Shown one piece after another: positions 1 through 12,883 of a stretch of DNA of 45,160 bases (its first letter is position 1; each line of letters starts with the position of its first letter). Made by a program: the position numbers and the translations under genes. The DNA comes from Perkinsus olseni (taxonomy: Eukaryota). The notes beneath the pieces are model-generated. The model did no database searches. It was not told the DNA's origin and saw only the letters and a list, made by a program, of their open reading frames with translations. The DNA lies in the NCBI GenBank assembly GCA_013115125.1, contig JABANN010000266.1:1-45160 (forward strand), written 5' to 3'.

Positions 1-635
1 CCTGGGAAGGCAGAGACCTACCGAGCAGGTCATGACAGATGGGGCAGAGGTCCGTTGTGGGCTCGATCTCTCTACGCTTCACTGAGCCATCTCCCACAGA
101 GGTGGGGGCGCTTAAGGCCTTGCCTGAGCCAGCGAGGATGCAACGAGTCTGTGACGGTCCTTACTCTTTGACGAACAGGCAGAAGGAGCATTTCGGACGG
201 AGAGGATATCCTCGACTTCCCTGTCGCACAGTGCAAGCTGCCACAACAAAGGGTCCTCGGCGCTGAGGCGTAGCACTTTATGCAGGACGAACCTGCAACC
301 ATCGCGTCTTCAGGGAGCACTGCCTTGACGACTCACAGGACGTGTGGGCAGTACTCTTCGTTCGTTCGGTCACCCTTCCTCCCCTGGCCACTGCAGGAGC
401 AAGCGTGTGTGTTACTTATCTTAACCCGGAACTTCGCTGACGGCGCCGTGGACTCGTCGAGATTTCGTACCACCTAAGGCAGATCGCCTACAAGTGGTGG
501 TACACTCCCCTGCTGCCCCACAAAGCACGCCGGGCCGATCGTCTGGACGACGCCAAATCGAACTGTCTGTGCTTGCTCTAGAGCTTCCTTGAATGTCAGC
601 GACGGCGATCTACGGTACGGCGCCGAACGAGACAT
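1..635 (-). CDS. ZSWIM2/MEX-like SWIM-finger + RING E3 ubiquitin ligase, 5' part; multi-exon, runs off the window start
   Basis: Spliced reading: MSRSAPYRRSPSLTFKEALEQAQTVRFGVVQTIGPACF|VVRNLDESTAPSAKFRVKISNTHACSCSGQGRKGDRTNEEYCPHVL|FVLHKVLRLSAEDPLLWQLALCDREVEDIL...VKRREIEPTTDLCPICHDLL. A SWIM CxC...CxH motif is followed by a RING start, the same layout as the ZSWIM2 N-terminus. Introns are GT-AG. Confidence 0.8.
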
Positions 636-1137
636 TAGTGGCGGTGAATCGGCCTCGCCGACTTGAAACTCGAGCCGTGACTCGCAACACAACAACATCG
701 ATGAGTTGAAGGCCCCTTCGAAGAGCAGCAGCCCTTCGTGAAAAAAATCTCAGCGTAGATCCTGCGCTCAAAGTCTCAAGTAGTAGTAATAGAAGTGTCG
801 TTAACGGCTTCACAACAGGGCAGGGCCACTGCCGCACCTATGTACACTGCAATGGTACAGGAGCCCGAGTGGCGTACTGCGATCGATATACCCCTCATGG
901 CGTATACCACGACAAGCATCACAGGCGACAGTGGCAGCAGCAACAGACAACCGATACACTTTAGAAGCCGGAGGTCAGCAGGAGGGGCCGAGAGGGAGAG
1001 GTCACTTCAGAGACGATCAGATGACAGACAAGAGTGGGGAAAAACTGCTCTGGATGAGCCTTGGCAGTGGCAGCCTGTTCGGGTGACACTCGACAACGCC
1101 ACCTGCGCTGTGCATTGCCTTGTTGGACGATGATAGA

Positions 1138-2647
1138 TCAGAGCTCGACAGGTCCTTCAGTGGGGCTTGGAGTACTGCTGCCCATGATGAGGAATCTCTT
1201 GGCACACTGGGCGAATTCCTCAGGCGAGACGAACAGATGCCATTCTGAAAGAAGGAGCAGTTAAGGTATCATTCAGAGACAACACGGAAATAAGAGATTC
1301 GTGCCAAAGTGGTTGGTTGGCCCAATGCTGTGCCATCGAAGCGAGCATCTCAGTAAGGGAAACAATAGGTCACCCCAGGAGCTTCGCTCCGCCTACCTAT
1401 AAGTTGCAAAAAAGTTGCCTCCATACAATTAAGCTCGGCTACCCTGACGCCACCAACATGGGCGTAGTACTTGTTGTCATAGTACAGATCGTCGAAGTAC
1501 TTCACTGCTATTACAAGTGCAGTGAGGAAAAATCTGAGGGAATGACCGCTGACTGTCTTCGCCGTGACCAGCGGCTCACTTGTGGATGCTCCTCCTAGTG
1601 ATTCGGAATTGACAGTCGCAACTCTCTGACAAACGATCGAGGTAGATAAGAGCAATCAGATAACACTCGCGGGAGCACTGAAAAACAGCGTAAAAACAAG
1701 GGCGGAGGGAAGCAAGCGATGTACCCACCATGAAGTGCTTCTCGAAGCGTTTGAGATATGCATGGACCGAGATGCTTGGTGCTCGGAGAGAATAAAATCG
1801 GGTGACTCCCCGGAGCTGTGGCGGTAGATCTGCCGAGGAAAGTTACTGACGATTTTTTTATTAATTCCAGATGACAGCATGAGCGTGTTGTGGAGGCCGT
1901 ATTGAGTATTTCAGGTGTCCTCCCAGTTACCAGGAAAAGAGACCATTTCGTTGGGAGATATCCTATCGAGCAGTGACTTGGTCATAGTACCAACAAAATC
2001 GACCTGAAAACCACACACCTCTGGAGCGGCAGCGTCACCACCTTAGAGCCCACCTGAAACGCCGAGCTGCCAAAGACAAACTCCTGCAAGAACTTCTCTT
2101 CGCCGTCGAGAGGTGTGGATACACTTGCATCACAGCACAAGTGCTGGTCATGCTGCTCATCACTCGTGACCATAGCAACCAAGCTTGCCTGGCTCTCGCT
2201 CTGCGGGACGCCGCTGGTTAGAGTACTGTCGCTGACGTCCGCTGTGGTACTGAGGGCTGCCAAAGCACTTTCCGTATCAGTAGACGTAGTGGGAGTGTCC
2301 TTATTAGCCCTGTCTATGTCTTTTGGCGGGGAGCTCCAGGATGGCTTGGCGGGAAAATCGGCCACATCAGAAAAATTCCGGGGCCTCGACAGGACCTCGG
2401 ACGCTGTTTGGTTCTTATTCAGCGTCGCGAGGTAGATTGCTGCATCGCTACTGTTGCATCTGCAAACGCGCCGCAAGAACTGCTGCATTTGGCGGTTGGG
2501 GTCGTCAAGCGGAGAGTCGTCCCTTATTATCGAGACTGTCGGTCGGGGCCTGGACGGCGATAGACTCGGTGACGAGGGAGGTGCTATAAGAGTAGTGCAA
2601 GTGGAGCATGACGTGGGCAGAGATGATGTGGCGGCTACTGACAGCAT
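1138..2647 (-). CDS. PHO80/PCL/CYCU-type cyclin (paralogue 1) with long Ser/Thr-rich N-terminus; multi-exon
   Basis: Exons join to VTRFYSLRAPSISVHAYLKRFEKHFM|CSRECYLIALIYLDRL...ITRRSIHK|FFLTALVIAVKYFDDLYYDNKYYAHVGGVRVAELNCMEATFLQLI|EWHLFVSPEEF, with stop at 1138. Typical P-type cyclin box (K-F/Y-xDDxYY.N..YA.VGG...ELN.LE..FL). Confidence 0.9.
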
Positions 2648-4218
2648 TTTCTACGCAAAAACAAACAACATCCTACTTAAACAGTCCCCAAGAGCTGCCC
2701 TCGTGACTAAAGATGCGGTGAGCTATTGCGGAAAGGCAATATGTTCCATAGTCATCTGGTAGTACATAGTCTAAGGACAGGCCTTCCAACACATGATCGG
2801 ACAACGATCGAACGATCGAGTATTCGTGTTACTAATCTTAACTGGGTACTGATATTCTGACACTTCTAGCTTTAACATTGCTACTTGATAACACATGAGA
2901 TACAACGGAATAAGTTAACTGTACAGACCATGATCGTAACGCATGGTCGGGAGGGGTCGAACCCCATGGAATGAGGAAACTACAAAGGACTGGTCACTCG
3001 AGAATGCAGTCTTCTTCGCTTCAATCTCTTCTGAAGGAGATATGGCAGAAGCCTCTTAGCACTGATACGATGAAGCCAGCATAAGGTGACAGGTACGATA
3101 ACAACAGAAATACAAGGGGGTTACTGGGAGTCGTGGTTGTAGTAGCACATGACTAGTGAGACCAATGGACTTTGTCGATAACGATGATAATAGTAATAGT
3201 TGGGTCGATAGTAATCGAGGGAGTAGCAGCAGCAGCAGCAGTCGAGGGTACTTCACATAACGGAGCTGAGAGAGGCCTAGACGAACCTAGGGAGGCCGCG
3301 AAGTTGGTAAACTGAGATGAACTGCTTTCTCGGGTAGCAGATAAGCAGTTTGCGGTATAGCCTTGATGATACTCCATAAGGGTAACGGCATCAGGTTCAC
3401 CCCGAGCGGGGGAAAGAGTGAATGCGCTCACAGAGTAATCATCACACTCGTGGATGGAGTTGTGCGGAAGTCACAGCCAACATATGGATCGGTATCCCTC
3501 GTGTGCTCTGATGATGATGACGACGACGACGATTCGGTGACGGTATTGACGCTACTTATAGTAGCTACGGATGATGCTCGGGCCTGAACAAGAGTAAAAT
3601 AATACCAAATTTCGTTCACTTCATGGGAGATCTGGGCATCGCTGTGAAAAGACACAGTACTGGAAACATTCAGAAAAACTACGCTCCTTGAGATCACATT
3701 AATGGCTTCATCAGATGAAAAATAGTGCTGCATGACTGTGGCCCAGTGTCGTAAGCCGAAACATGATGGTAACAAAGCCATCGTCGCCACAGCGAAGCTG
3801 CAGCATCGTCAAGTGGGGGTGACGAGTATGGGAGGGAATGTTTCTTGGCCCACCGGTTTGCTACGATTTACAACGGCACCACCTGGCTCGGCCCATTCCC
3901 CTCTAGAAGTGGCGAGAGTGAACTCGTGACCAGAACGATTGAAGAAGACGCCACTAATGCAGCCGAGAGCCTACAGAAGTGTCTCTGATGGTGGCAGACC
4001 GCTGTGGATCGGCTAACAGTGGTAAGATGAGGAGCCGGTCTGTGTGGGCGTGGCTGCGGCGGCTCCTGTATTCGTAATTGGCGCATCTTAACTCGAAGAT
4101 GATAGTGGGCACAAAGACAGTGACTTTACTTATCATGTTATACGTTACAGTATGGACACACAGCGACCGTAGTCACGACGACGATGACGACACAGAACAA
4201 TTTAAGACAAGATAGCGA

Positions 4219-4952
4219 CTATTTCCGCGGAAGCGAAAAGACAATGCTAGACTGAGTCCGCCGTCTGCTGGCGGTCGCTCCGCCATTGAGAACGCTCATA
4301 GTTTCGGTGGTCAGCAGCAGCCGTACGTTACCCCAATGAGGTTGATGATCAACTCTTGTGGAGTAGACAGCGGCGGCGGCGTGAGTGGCGGCGTGAGCTC
4401 CGATGGCGCCGACGTCCAAACGCTCATCCTGTAGGCTTCATACTCCTCTGGGAATGTATGAAGATTCCAGTCTGAGACAGCAACACTTGACACAGGAAGA
4501 TCGCCGTCCATCTTGTGTACTGATAAGCCGAAGAAAGTCCGCCTCCAATGCGTTCAGCTCCTTCGTCCGTACGCCACCAACAGCAGCGTAGAACCTGTTG
4601 CTGTAGTAACGGTCGTCGAAGAACTTCGCCGCCAGTACGACCGATGTGAGGATGACTCTGAAGTGACGAGGTAAGTAGAGGACTGTTGAGCACAGACTGT
4701 TTACCGGTGAATGGCGCACATAGTAACAACAAAGTTGGGGCCTTGAGTCTTCAGTAGCCGATCAATATAGATGAGGGCGATGACAAAGCATTCCGAAGAG
4801 CACTGAAGTATGGTAAAGATGTGGATGCTACAACAGCGACCACAACCTACTCTGAAGTGTGATTCCACTCGTCTGAGGTAGTGATAGATCGAAATGGAAG
4901 GAGGGCTTACACCGTGGAACCTGGTACGTGTCCCCGGGCCTGAGCACAACTG

Positions 4953-4988
<36 letters not shown>

Positions 4989-5201
4989 AGAGGAACGCTC
5001 AACTTACAATCAACTCCATCTAATGAAGCTACTAAGACAATATGCTCTAGAAGGTTTGATAAAGCCCGCAGGAAGCCATCCTAAAAGAAGGCGCGGGTTC
5101 GAATCCCGGCTGGGCACAGGCTAACTCACCATTGGCGGGGAACATATCTGTTGGCTGTTGCTGCCACCAGCAACCCCTTTCTGCGAGAGCTGATCGCCCA
5201 T
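4219..5201 (-). CDS. PHO80/PCL/CYCU-type cyclin (paralogue 2); multi-exon, ends approximate
   Basis: MGDQLSQKG...[18 protein letters not shown]...|[46 protein letters not shown]...[60 protein letters not shown]. Core intron positions match paralogues 1 and 3. Confidence 0.9.
4954..4986. repeat. (CTG)11 / (CAG)11 microsatellite inside a cyclin intron
   Basis: Perfect trinucleotide run seen directly. Confidence 0.95.
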
Positions 5202-8200
5202 AAATGGAGTAGAAAGGCTACGTAAGGCCGCTGCACGCCCGGGGGTTCACGGGTCAACACAATGGGATTCAACGACGGAAATGGTTTCAGTAAACCAATG
5301 CCCACTTGCTAGTGGGCCCCCAAGCTGATCAGAGCTCATCACAAACCGGGGCAAAGCAATGACCAATGACCGATATTGCCACCTCCCGGTCGGGTCGGAC
5401 TGGGATCGGCAGTCCAGCTCCCCCCTCGCTCGCGGCTAAGGTTGATAGAAAAGAGCATGTAAACCTAACCCGATGTAATCTGCAGCTTGGGGATGGTAGG
5501 CCGAAATGTGTGTGCCAGAGGCGTGAATACAGGCCAGTTGAAGGAACTCCCCCGTCGCGAAGAAGTTCGACACTGAGAGCGCATGGACCACTGACCTTAG
5601 AAACGAGGAAACGTCAGCAAGTAAGCAACGAGTCGCTGCTTACTGCTTGGGAAGGGGTGATGGCGTTGAAGAGCCGATCATACACGGAGGACTCGAGTTT
5701 AGGTGAGGGCGGTCTACGCGAAACGGCAGGTACCCGCTCTTGTACGTCGCAGTTGCGCCCACAATGGCGCTTCATGGTCACGCAGATACCAGACGGCCAC
5801 CGGCGAACGTAACCAAAAAGTGAAAAATGAAAGTTAATAGACCTTAATTCAATCTGGGGTTAAGGGAAACGACACGCCGAAAGACGATGGGTGATGATGG
5901 GGAGTAGACCACGAAGCAAGATGGCAGAGCAGATGAAGAGATTGAGGCAACGATCCATCTGATGTCCATCGATGTCAAGCCAATCACGGACAACACTCGC
6001 CAGCACCCTTGCTGTCTCCTAGACGACTCTTGACGGCGTCCAAGATAGCTGCAATATGACTGCCGAGGAAGATCAGAGCAGGCCGAGATACTGGGGCAGA
6101 TGATTCTGCTCAGCGAAGTTTCTTTCTTCTAGTATCCTCCTTGGACGGGGCAAACGCCGCTTTGCACGCAACCTGTTGTGAGCTCGCGGCTGACTCGACC
6201 CCTATGAGAAAGACACCTGAAGGACACAGGCAAGACGGTGGCGTCGTTTGGTAGACAAGGAGAAGCTTGTTGAGAACAACCGGGTATGCTCGACTAGGAA
6301 GCCTGTGCCTTGAGCTGGAGCATGAAGGAAAATCTTAAATTGGAAATCTAAGGCATACGATTGGAAACGTAGTGAGGTAAGAACTCAAGGTGATGATGGT
6401 CGTGAAACAGATGAATGGAGTCAGATGAGGAGCTATTACTACCACTCCAACAACAACAACTCTTCAAAGCAATGTCCACATCTCGCTGCAGGCAGCAGGT
6501 TGTGGTCACTATCTTAGGCAACTAGCAGAGATCTCAAGGTACTGCTCCTACTACGACTATTACTCATGTGTAATGGATGGAAACGGGCCAGCGACACCGT
6601 TATGCAATACTCTGATAAGAAGTGATAATGATAATAATAGTATCACTACAACCAGTAGTGGTGGTAGCAACAACAGCAACATCGCTGTTGCTGTTGCTGT
6701 TGCTGATGATGATGATTGTGGCTGCTGCTGCTTGATACCATATAGCGGACTTCGAATGAGTGGTGATGATGGTGATGTTAATAACGCGGCCTGTAACTCG
6801 TTGGGTAGAAGCCGAAAAATTACGAGCATACGCCTCAAACGGTAGTCTCGTATGAAGGAGGATCCCGCCAATGTTTCAAAGCACTACGATGACAACAGCG
6901 ACGACATCTCTGATAATAATAAGTCATAGGCATAAAAAAGACGATCATACAGGTGAAGGGTCAAATAATTGACCCCGGTATATTACAGAGAAAGAAAAGA
7001 TGAAGAGGGAGGTGTAAATGATGTTGAGCCTTAGCTCTAACAGTTGTAGAAATAAAAAGCATCTGCATCTGGAAGGCAGACAGACAAGAGAGACGATCGA
7101 CATGCTGAAACATAGTTATATTATTCTCCCACGTCTCCTAAGACATATATTATCTCTATGAGCAGCAACGATCGGATGAGAAAAGAAGACAAGTGAGGGC
7201 AGATGTGGATGAACGAGACGCTACCATCCTAAGCTCGAATAAAACTGCCACACCTGGTGGCGGCGGTCAATCACTGAGAGACTATATTGAACTTAAGGAG
7301 GTGACTAACGTTATGCCAGAGAATAATAATGACGACGACGACTGGGCAGTGGGGTAAAGGACTCGGTTAAAGCCCCTAGGAAGGCTTACAAGAATGAGTC
7401 CGATACCAATGCGGCATTGGCAATGCCTTGAAAGAAGTCCAGTGAAAAGGTTATGCGTGATGGAGTAGAGGAATGATACAGTAGTGATAATGATAGTAAT
7501 GCAATCAATGGGCTGGTACAGTACAATATCTTCTTCATGCCGACACTCAACGGGTTCAATTCAATGGGGTGGATAAGTCTGGCTCTCTCTATAAGGACAA
7601 GAATTCTGACATCACTAATGCTGCTTCTGCTGCAGTGGCTTACGCTGTTAATTTCGGTGGTGCAGCACAATCAGCGATGTGGCTGCTTTGACCCAGATGG
7701 TAGTGAGTCCCATCTCGGTCACAAAAACTTGCAGTCTCGGTCCAGGAGCGTAGTAGCGAATGCAGCTACAAGGGCAGTAGTGCCAAAGGCAGCAACAGCA
7801 GCAGCAACAGCAACAATGAGAATCCAGGATGTGAGGGTCTGCACCGGAAAACCGGCGGCAAGAAAGTCTAGTACGAAATTCTAAAAAAATTCTTGAAATT
7901 CTAGTAAAAAGTTACAATTCTACACTGCCAGCATCATAAGTGGCAGAGCATCATAATCATCATTAACGTCAACTACAATGACGGCGTCGGCGGGCAAGTC
8001 CTGCTGGTACCACCAGCCTAGTAGCACTCCCGCTTCATAAATACTGGCCGCTACTTTCATCGTAGATCGACGGAGTACCATCAAAATTGCAAAGCTCTTA
8101 CATAAAGTCCACGGTAATTGGCTAGTGGAGCGAAATCTGAAACCACGAGGGAGGCTTTTGCGGGAGGCCTTGCAACCCCCCTACGGCAAGTTCGACTTGG

Positions 8201-8470
8201 ACCCTTCGATCGCTTACCCAATCCGGTCGATTCATGTCCAGCTGTGGCGGCGCTGCAATGGTGGTCAGGGAAGCGACAACTGGTTGGTGGGCAGCAGAGA
8301 CCTGAGCGTCGATCGTGTCTCTGAGAGATCGTGTCTCTGCATAAACACTCACACCTTGACACTCACCAACGACAATAGCAGCAGGGCCACTAGAACGCCG
8401 GTAATAAGGGACGGGTGTTCTACTACTCTCCTCACGGACTGAGTGAGGCACTCCGGCCTTCGACAGATGA

Positions 8471-9575
8471 TCAGGTTGAACCTGTCCGCGAGACGATCCT
8501 TAGCAAGTTTCGAGTGCTTTCAGTGACTACTTTCATTAGAGCTGTTGCCTTGGTCTGAGTTGCGCTGAAGTTTTGTACGCTCAGCAGCGTCCGGTAAGTC
8601 TCGTACTGCTCAGGGGTGACCGTCAGGGACCAGTCTGAGCAGAGATTCTTTGAGAATGATGATTGACGAGCGTAGTGAGACGACCCTTCTTACTTATCAG
8701 CTTCAGAAAGCCCAACTCCAGAGAGTTGAGCTCGGATACCCGAACTCCACCAAATCTAGCATAGTCCGTGTTACTGTAATAACAATCATCATAGAACTTC
8801 GTAGACACCAGCAGTGCCGACAGGAGAACTCTGAAAGATGACAGCTGCTCGACGATCGACCAAAGGCAGGTGGGTACCTGTAGATGCTGTAGGAGTTGAT
8901 CCTGAATGTTCCCCCACGGCACATGTTCACTCGGTCGATGTAGATGAGGGCTACGACGAAGCAAGAGTTGGAACACTGAAAGGGGCAAGCGGAGCACGGT
9001 GAGAAACAGCAGAAGGGATAGGATCCTCACGTTGAACTTCCTCGCGAGACGCTTGAGGTAAACTTCGAGTGGTATGGCCGGCACACGGACAGCGTGAAAG
9101 CGTGTAAGCTCTCCTGGACCCAAGGACTCTGAGCAGCAGACACCACACAGGTAACGAGAGAGAGAGGGGGCCATCCGCCTACCAGTAGCGGCATCACCCA
9201 GTTCCACGAATCTCTTGAGGATCGCGGTCATAGAGGGTAAGAATTCGACCTGCAGCGTCAAAGGCATGCACGAACGATACTCCAATAGACGCTTCCTACC
9301 AGGGTCGTAGGTTTAGCCAGCGAATCATAGCCGTCTTTCAAATGCTGACAGCCGCTAAAGTCTTGTCGCTGCTGCTGTTGCCGCTGAGTATGTTCCATTC
9401 CGTCGAACGGAGACACCGGCGTCGCGGATTGGAAGCCCCCTTCTCCTCGACGGATAAGCTTCCGCTCGTAAGTGAGCGGAACGTCCACTCTTACTGTCTC
9501 ATCGCAAGTCGTTGAGGCGTCTGAGACGACGGACTTGCTGGATGACGGCGAGGTAGAGACCTCAGAAAATGTCAT
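8471..9575 (-). CDS. PHO80/PCL/CYCU-type cyclin (paralogue 3); multi-exon
   Basis: MTFSEVST...|VEFLPSMTAILKRFVEL...|ELTRFHAVRVPAIPLEVYLKRLARKFN|CSNSCFVVALIYIDRV...SIYR|VLLSALLVSTKFYDDCYYSNTDYARFGGVRVSELNSLELGFLKLI|...WSLTVTPEQYETY, with stop at 8471. Confidence 0.9.
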
Positions 9576-9731
9576 AGCCGATCAAGGGACAAGACTAAAA
9601 AGGAAGTTGATTCAGCGAGCACCTTCCCTCACGTACTTGACAGCCTACCCGGAAATCTGCCCCCTCCAAGACACCCTCCCAACTCGACCCACCACAAGCG
9701 AGTACTAAGTGTACACAGGCCTCACGCATCA

Positions 9732-12590
9732 CTACCATTTAGGTGAAAACCTGAAGCCTACCCGCGTCCGGTGAGCAGGCCCTCTTGGGCGTAGGGGTCG
9801 GATGCTCGAGATAGCTCTTCGATAAAGTGGAGCCCTCCTCGTTCTCCCTTCTTTAACCGGGTAACCACAGCCTCCCTTCGAACGCGTAGCCGGAGAGGGA
9901 GCCACCGAAGTCTCAGCAACAACTTCACTTCGAAGATGGACTACACTGTCGGGCGGTCGATGGTCTGCGGATAGCTCGCTGAGATCCTCATCACACTTCT
10001 GTCGTACCGAGAGTAGCATGCTTTCCGACTGTACCACCAAGGGCATTGCCCAAGGACGGTTACCCGGTGCGGCCTCCAGCGTGTGCCTCCAAGGGTGATG
10101 CTGCCCAGGCCGTGATGACTCTCGTTGCTGCTGCTGCTGTTCCAGTCGACGCCGTGCCGCCATCAGCAGCAGAAGTCGCAGATGGCTCGGCCGAGGAGGG
10201 TCCGTCTGGCAGGCTACATTCTGCCGCTGGTCGACCTGCGACGGGGTGGAACCGAGGCCGGATCCAGATGGTGCGCGACTGATGCTGCACTGAATGCCAA
10301 CGCTTGCTGGTGACGAGTGCATCACGCCATCAGACGCTTCTTCGCATGCATCGATATCATATACGTGGAAGAAGCCAGGATCAACAACCAAAGATACGCT
10401 AATACGCAGCAGCAAGGTATCCAGGATGGATCGCGCTACAAGCCGGCACATGCACCTTGAAGTCAGATCTCTGACGAACAAGTCCGCAGCCTCTTCGGCG
10501 CTACGATACTCATCATCAGTAGGGCCAAGTCGACCCTCCGAGTGGAGGTCATCAGGCACACTCCCTCCTGAGGACCCAGCACCGCTCCAGGCAATCCTAC
10601 TCGCAGGCGTAGGAGCTCCTCCATCCTCCGTAGTCCCAGAGGGGAAAAATGACACCTCCGTGACGGCATTTCTCACTTCGCCATCTTGCTGTCCCTGGGC
10701 AAGAGCCTCATGACGATCAGCCGGTGGTCGACGATCGGCATCCTCGCCCTTCACAAGTTGCCAAGTTCCCTCGGTCCTCCCGGTCAGAGCAGGCCCATCC
10801 ACCACACTCTTCCACCGCGCATCGTTGCCGTGCGCTGGCTCTCTATAGACAATGCTTTCCCGGTCAACCCTGCTGCGCACGGCTTCCGAGACCCTCCGCC
10901 GTGGCAGCGCCATCCTTTGTGGACCGGCTAGCTCGTCTACTGACAAGCGGTCCCGCGGTGATGCCTGGCAAGCGACTGTTCTCTGCATGCTCCAATTCCG
11001 GTTGATAGAAAAGTACGCGGGGCGACGAGGAGGGGCCACACGGATGCACCCCCACCGGCCCTGTTCCAAGGCCTGGATGATCTCAACCACGAAGTAGATG
11101 TCGCGTAGCACGTACCGAGCGAGCAAGTGAGAGCTCGACTCCAGAGGCGGAGGGGCCGACGGGGCACAGCCGAAGGCACGGGACCTTCTCTCAACCATCC
11201 CTCCGTCGATAGGAAACTGTCCCTGACCACGGCCAGGCTCTATCGCAGGTTTGCAGCTCTGCCCCGGATAGTGTGTCATACTATTTACACTGGAGTTGGG
11301 CCGCTGTGGGAAGCGCGGGGACGGCAGCAGCAGGGCCTGCTGCGTGTAGGGCAGAGTCTGGCAGCGTCGAGAAGGTTTCGAGTTCCCACTCCACGCGACC
11401 AAGGACCTCTCCACACGAGGTTGTCTCCGCGGCTTCTGTCTTCGCTCGAGTGACGCCAGGAACTCCTCCTCCACCATTAGACGATCAAATGCGGTGATGA
11501 GTCCGAGGTAGTCCATGGGCAGCCGCTTCCCCTCGTTTAAGCGGGAGGTGTTCGGTGGAGGAGGACACCTTGCAGCAGCGCGGTCCCCAACCGAGGCATG
11601 GTCGCGGAGGCTGTTCAGCGTGCGAAGAGCCACATGCTCCGCGAGCAAAGCCTCGTCTATAGTAAAAATAATATCGTCATGAATGGAACGAACATCGGGG
11701 GTGGTAAGGACGGCCGAGGAAGCACTGCAGTCATAAACGGAAGGCGTTCCCCCTCCAGGCACCTCGCTTACCCCCTCACTGACCTTATAGTCATCACCGT
11801 CCTTAACGGAGTCCATCTCCATCGGTTGCTCCGCCGACGACGGGCTGGAACCGCGAGACGACCCTCGACGGCTGAGTGTAGCCACTTCGAGTTGGGCGAG
11901 CTGGGATGGCAGAGACGCTGCTGTGATTCGGACCAGACTCGTCATCTGGCAGAAGCAACACGGACGCCATCCCCCTGAGGGAAGAAGCAAAGTCAAGCAC
12001 AGCCCTGGACGCGTCGTCTCACCCTTCCACGGTCCTGTGACACTCCTAGCCAGCCCACAGCACGGCGCCTCGCTCCGGGCAACAGCAGCATAGACACCAA
12101 ACAGGCATACGCTCGCCACCGCGGAGGCAGGCATGGAGCCCATCCGACCGACAGCCGAGTCGTAGACTGGCGTGATGAGCTCTTGAACCGGCAGAGGCTC
12201 CGAGGGATCCTCGAGGTGGTGGGCAGTGGACGTACTACTAGCCCATGAACTCCAACTACACTGGACCGACGGTTCGGGTTGGCAGACCAGCACTGGCGGA
12301 GGGAGACCGATCCTCTCCGTTAGGGTATTGGGGAGGGTGTCCAAAAGGACGGAAGTCTCCTCTGACCAGGTAGGCTCAGGGCTGGGCACTCCGCTGGAGG
12401 GAGAAGAGGTGGTCTGATGCGGCGAAGGAGTGGTAGTAGCGGCGCCACCGTCGTCTGCAGCACCAATATCGTCGTGGCTTCTACGGGTGGCCTCCGCTGA
12501 TGCCCGTGCACTCAAGTCGGCGAGATACCGGCGAGTGACCCGACCGGGGCAGCCCGAGGGGCCATCCGCCGACGAGGGAGGGCGTGTCAT
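9732..12590 (-). CDS. Hypothetical large, mostly disordered Ser/Pro/Arg-rich protein
   Basis: The ~3 kb ORF is open from 12716 (TTG); the first ATG is at 12590. No recognisable domain. May hide an in-frame intron near 11980-12110 (pyrimidine tract + CAG). Confidence 0.6.
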   Translation of the reverse strand: MTRPPSSADGPSGCPGRVTRRYLADLSARASAEATRRSHDDIGAADDGGAATTTPSPHQTTSSPSSGVPSPEPTWSEETSVLLDTLPNTLTERIGLPPPVLVCQPEPSVQCSWSSWASSTSTAHHLEDPSEPLPVQELITPVYDSAVGRMGSMPASAVASVCLFGVYAAVARSEAPCCGLARSVTGPWKGETTRPGLCLTLLLPSGGWRPCCFCQMTSLVRITAASLPSQLAQLEVATLSRRGSSRGSSPSSAEQPMEMDSVKDGDDYKVSEGVSEVPGGGTPSVYDCSASSAVLTTPDVRSIHDDIIFTIDEALLAEHVALRTLNSLRDHASVGDRAAARCPPPPNTSRLNEGKRLPMDYLGLITAFDRLMVEEEFLASLERRQKPRRQPRVERSLVAWSGNSKPSRRCQTLPYTQQALLLPSPRFPQRPNSSVNSMTHYPGQSCKPAIEPGRGQGQFPIDGGMVERRSRAFGCAPSAPPPLESSSHLLARYVLRDIYFVVEIIQALEQGRWGCIRVAPPRRPAYFSINRNWSMQRTVACQASPRDRLSVDELAGPQRMALPRRRVSEAVRSRVDRESIVYREPAHGNDARWKSVVDGPALTGRTEGTWQLVKGEDADRRPPADRHEALAQGQQDGEVRNAVTEVSFFPSGTTEDGGAPTPASRIAWSGAGSSGGSVPDDLHSEGRLGPTDDEYRSAEEAADLFVRDLTSRCMCRLVARSILDTLLLRISVSLVVDPGFFHVYDIDACEEASDGVMHSSPASVGIQCSISRAPSGSGLGSTPSQVDQRQNVACQTDPPRPSHLRLLLLMAARRRLEQQQQQRESSRPGQHHPWRHTLEAAPGNRPWAMPLVVQSESMLLSVRQKCDEDLSELSADHRPPDSVVHLRSEVVAETSVAPSPATRSKGGCGYPVKEGRTRRAPLYRRAISSIRPLRPRGPAHRTRVGFRFSPKW

Positions 12591-12883
12591 CGTGCATTGA
12601 GGAGGGAAGCAGCAAACATCATGAAGCTGAGAGGGTTGCAAGCGACCTCGAAGATACGCCTCAAGCAACCCAGCAGGGAACTCCGGCGTGTGATAGCGGT
12701 TGAAACGATGAATCAAGAACGATGGTGGTGTTGCTGCGATCAGCAGGATGCTTCAATAAAGGCGTCACTCAGCTAAGTAAGGATGATGATGATGATGGTG
12801 ATGAAAGGTGTCGAAGAATGAATGCTACAGAGGGGGGGGGGCACTAAGCCCCTCCTGAACCCTCGAGGGGGACACAACTACTG

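Noticed and set aside
2926-2966. snRNA or ribozyme (two adjacent hairpins)
   Set aside because: No Sm site, C/D boxes or ribozyme core recognised.
5064-5116. tRNA gene (GCGGGTTCGAATCCCG)
   Set aside because: No D arm or anticodon arm, and it overlaps a 49-nt cyclin intron. Kept only as a B-box-like motif.
5366-8451. Protein-coding genes in the spacer between cyclins 2 and 3
   Set aside because: ORFs are short, dominated by triplet-repeat low complexity, and show no coherent exon chain.
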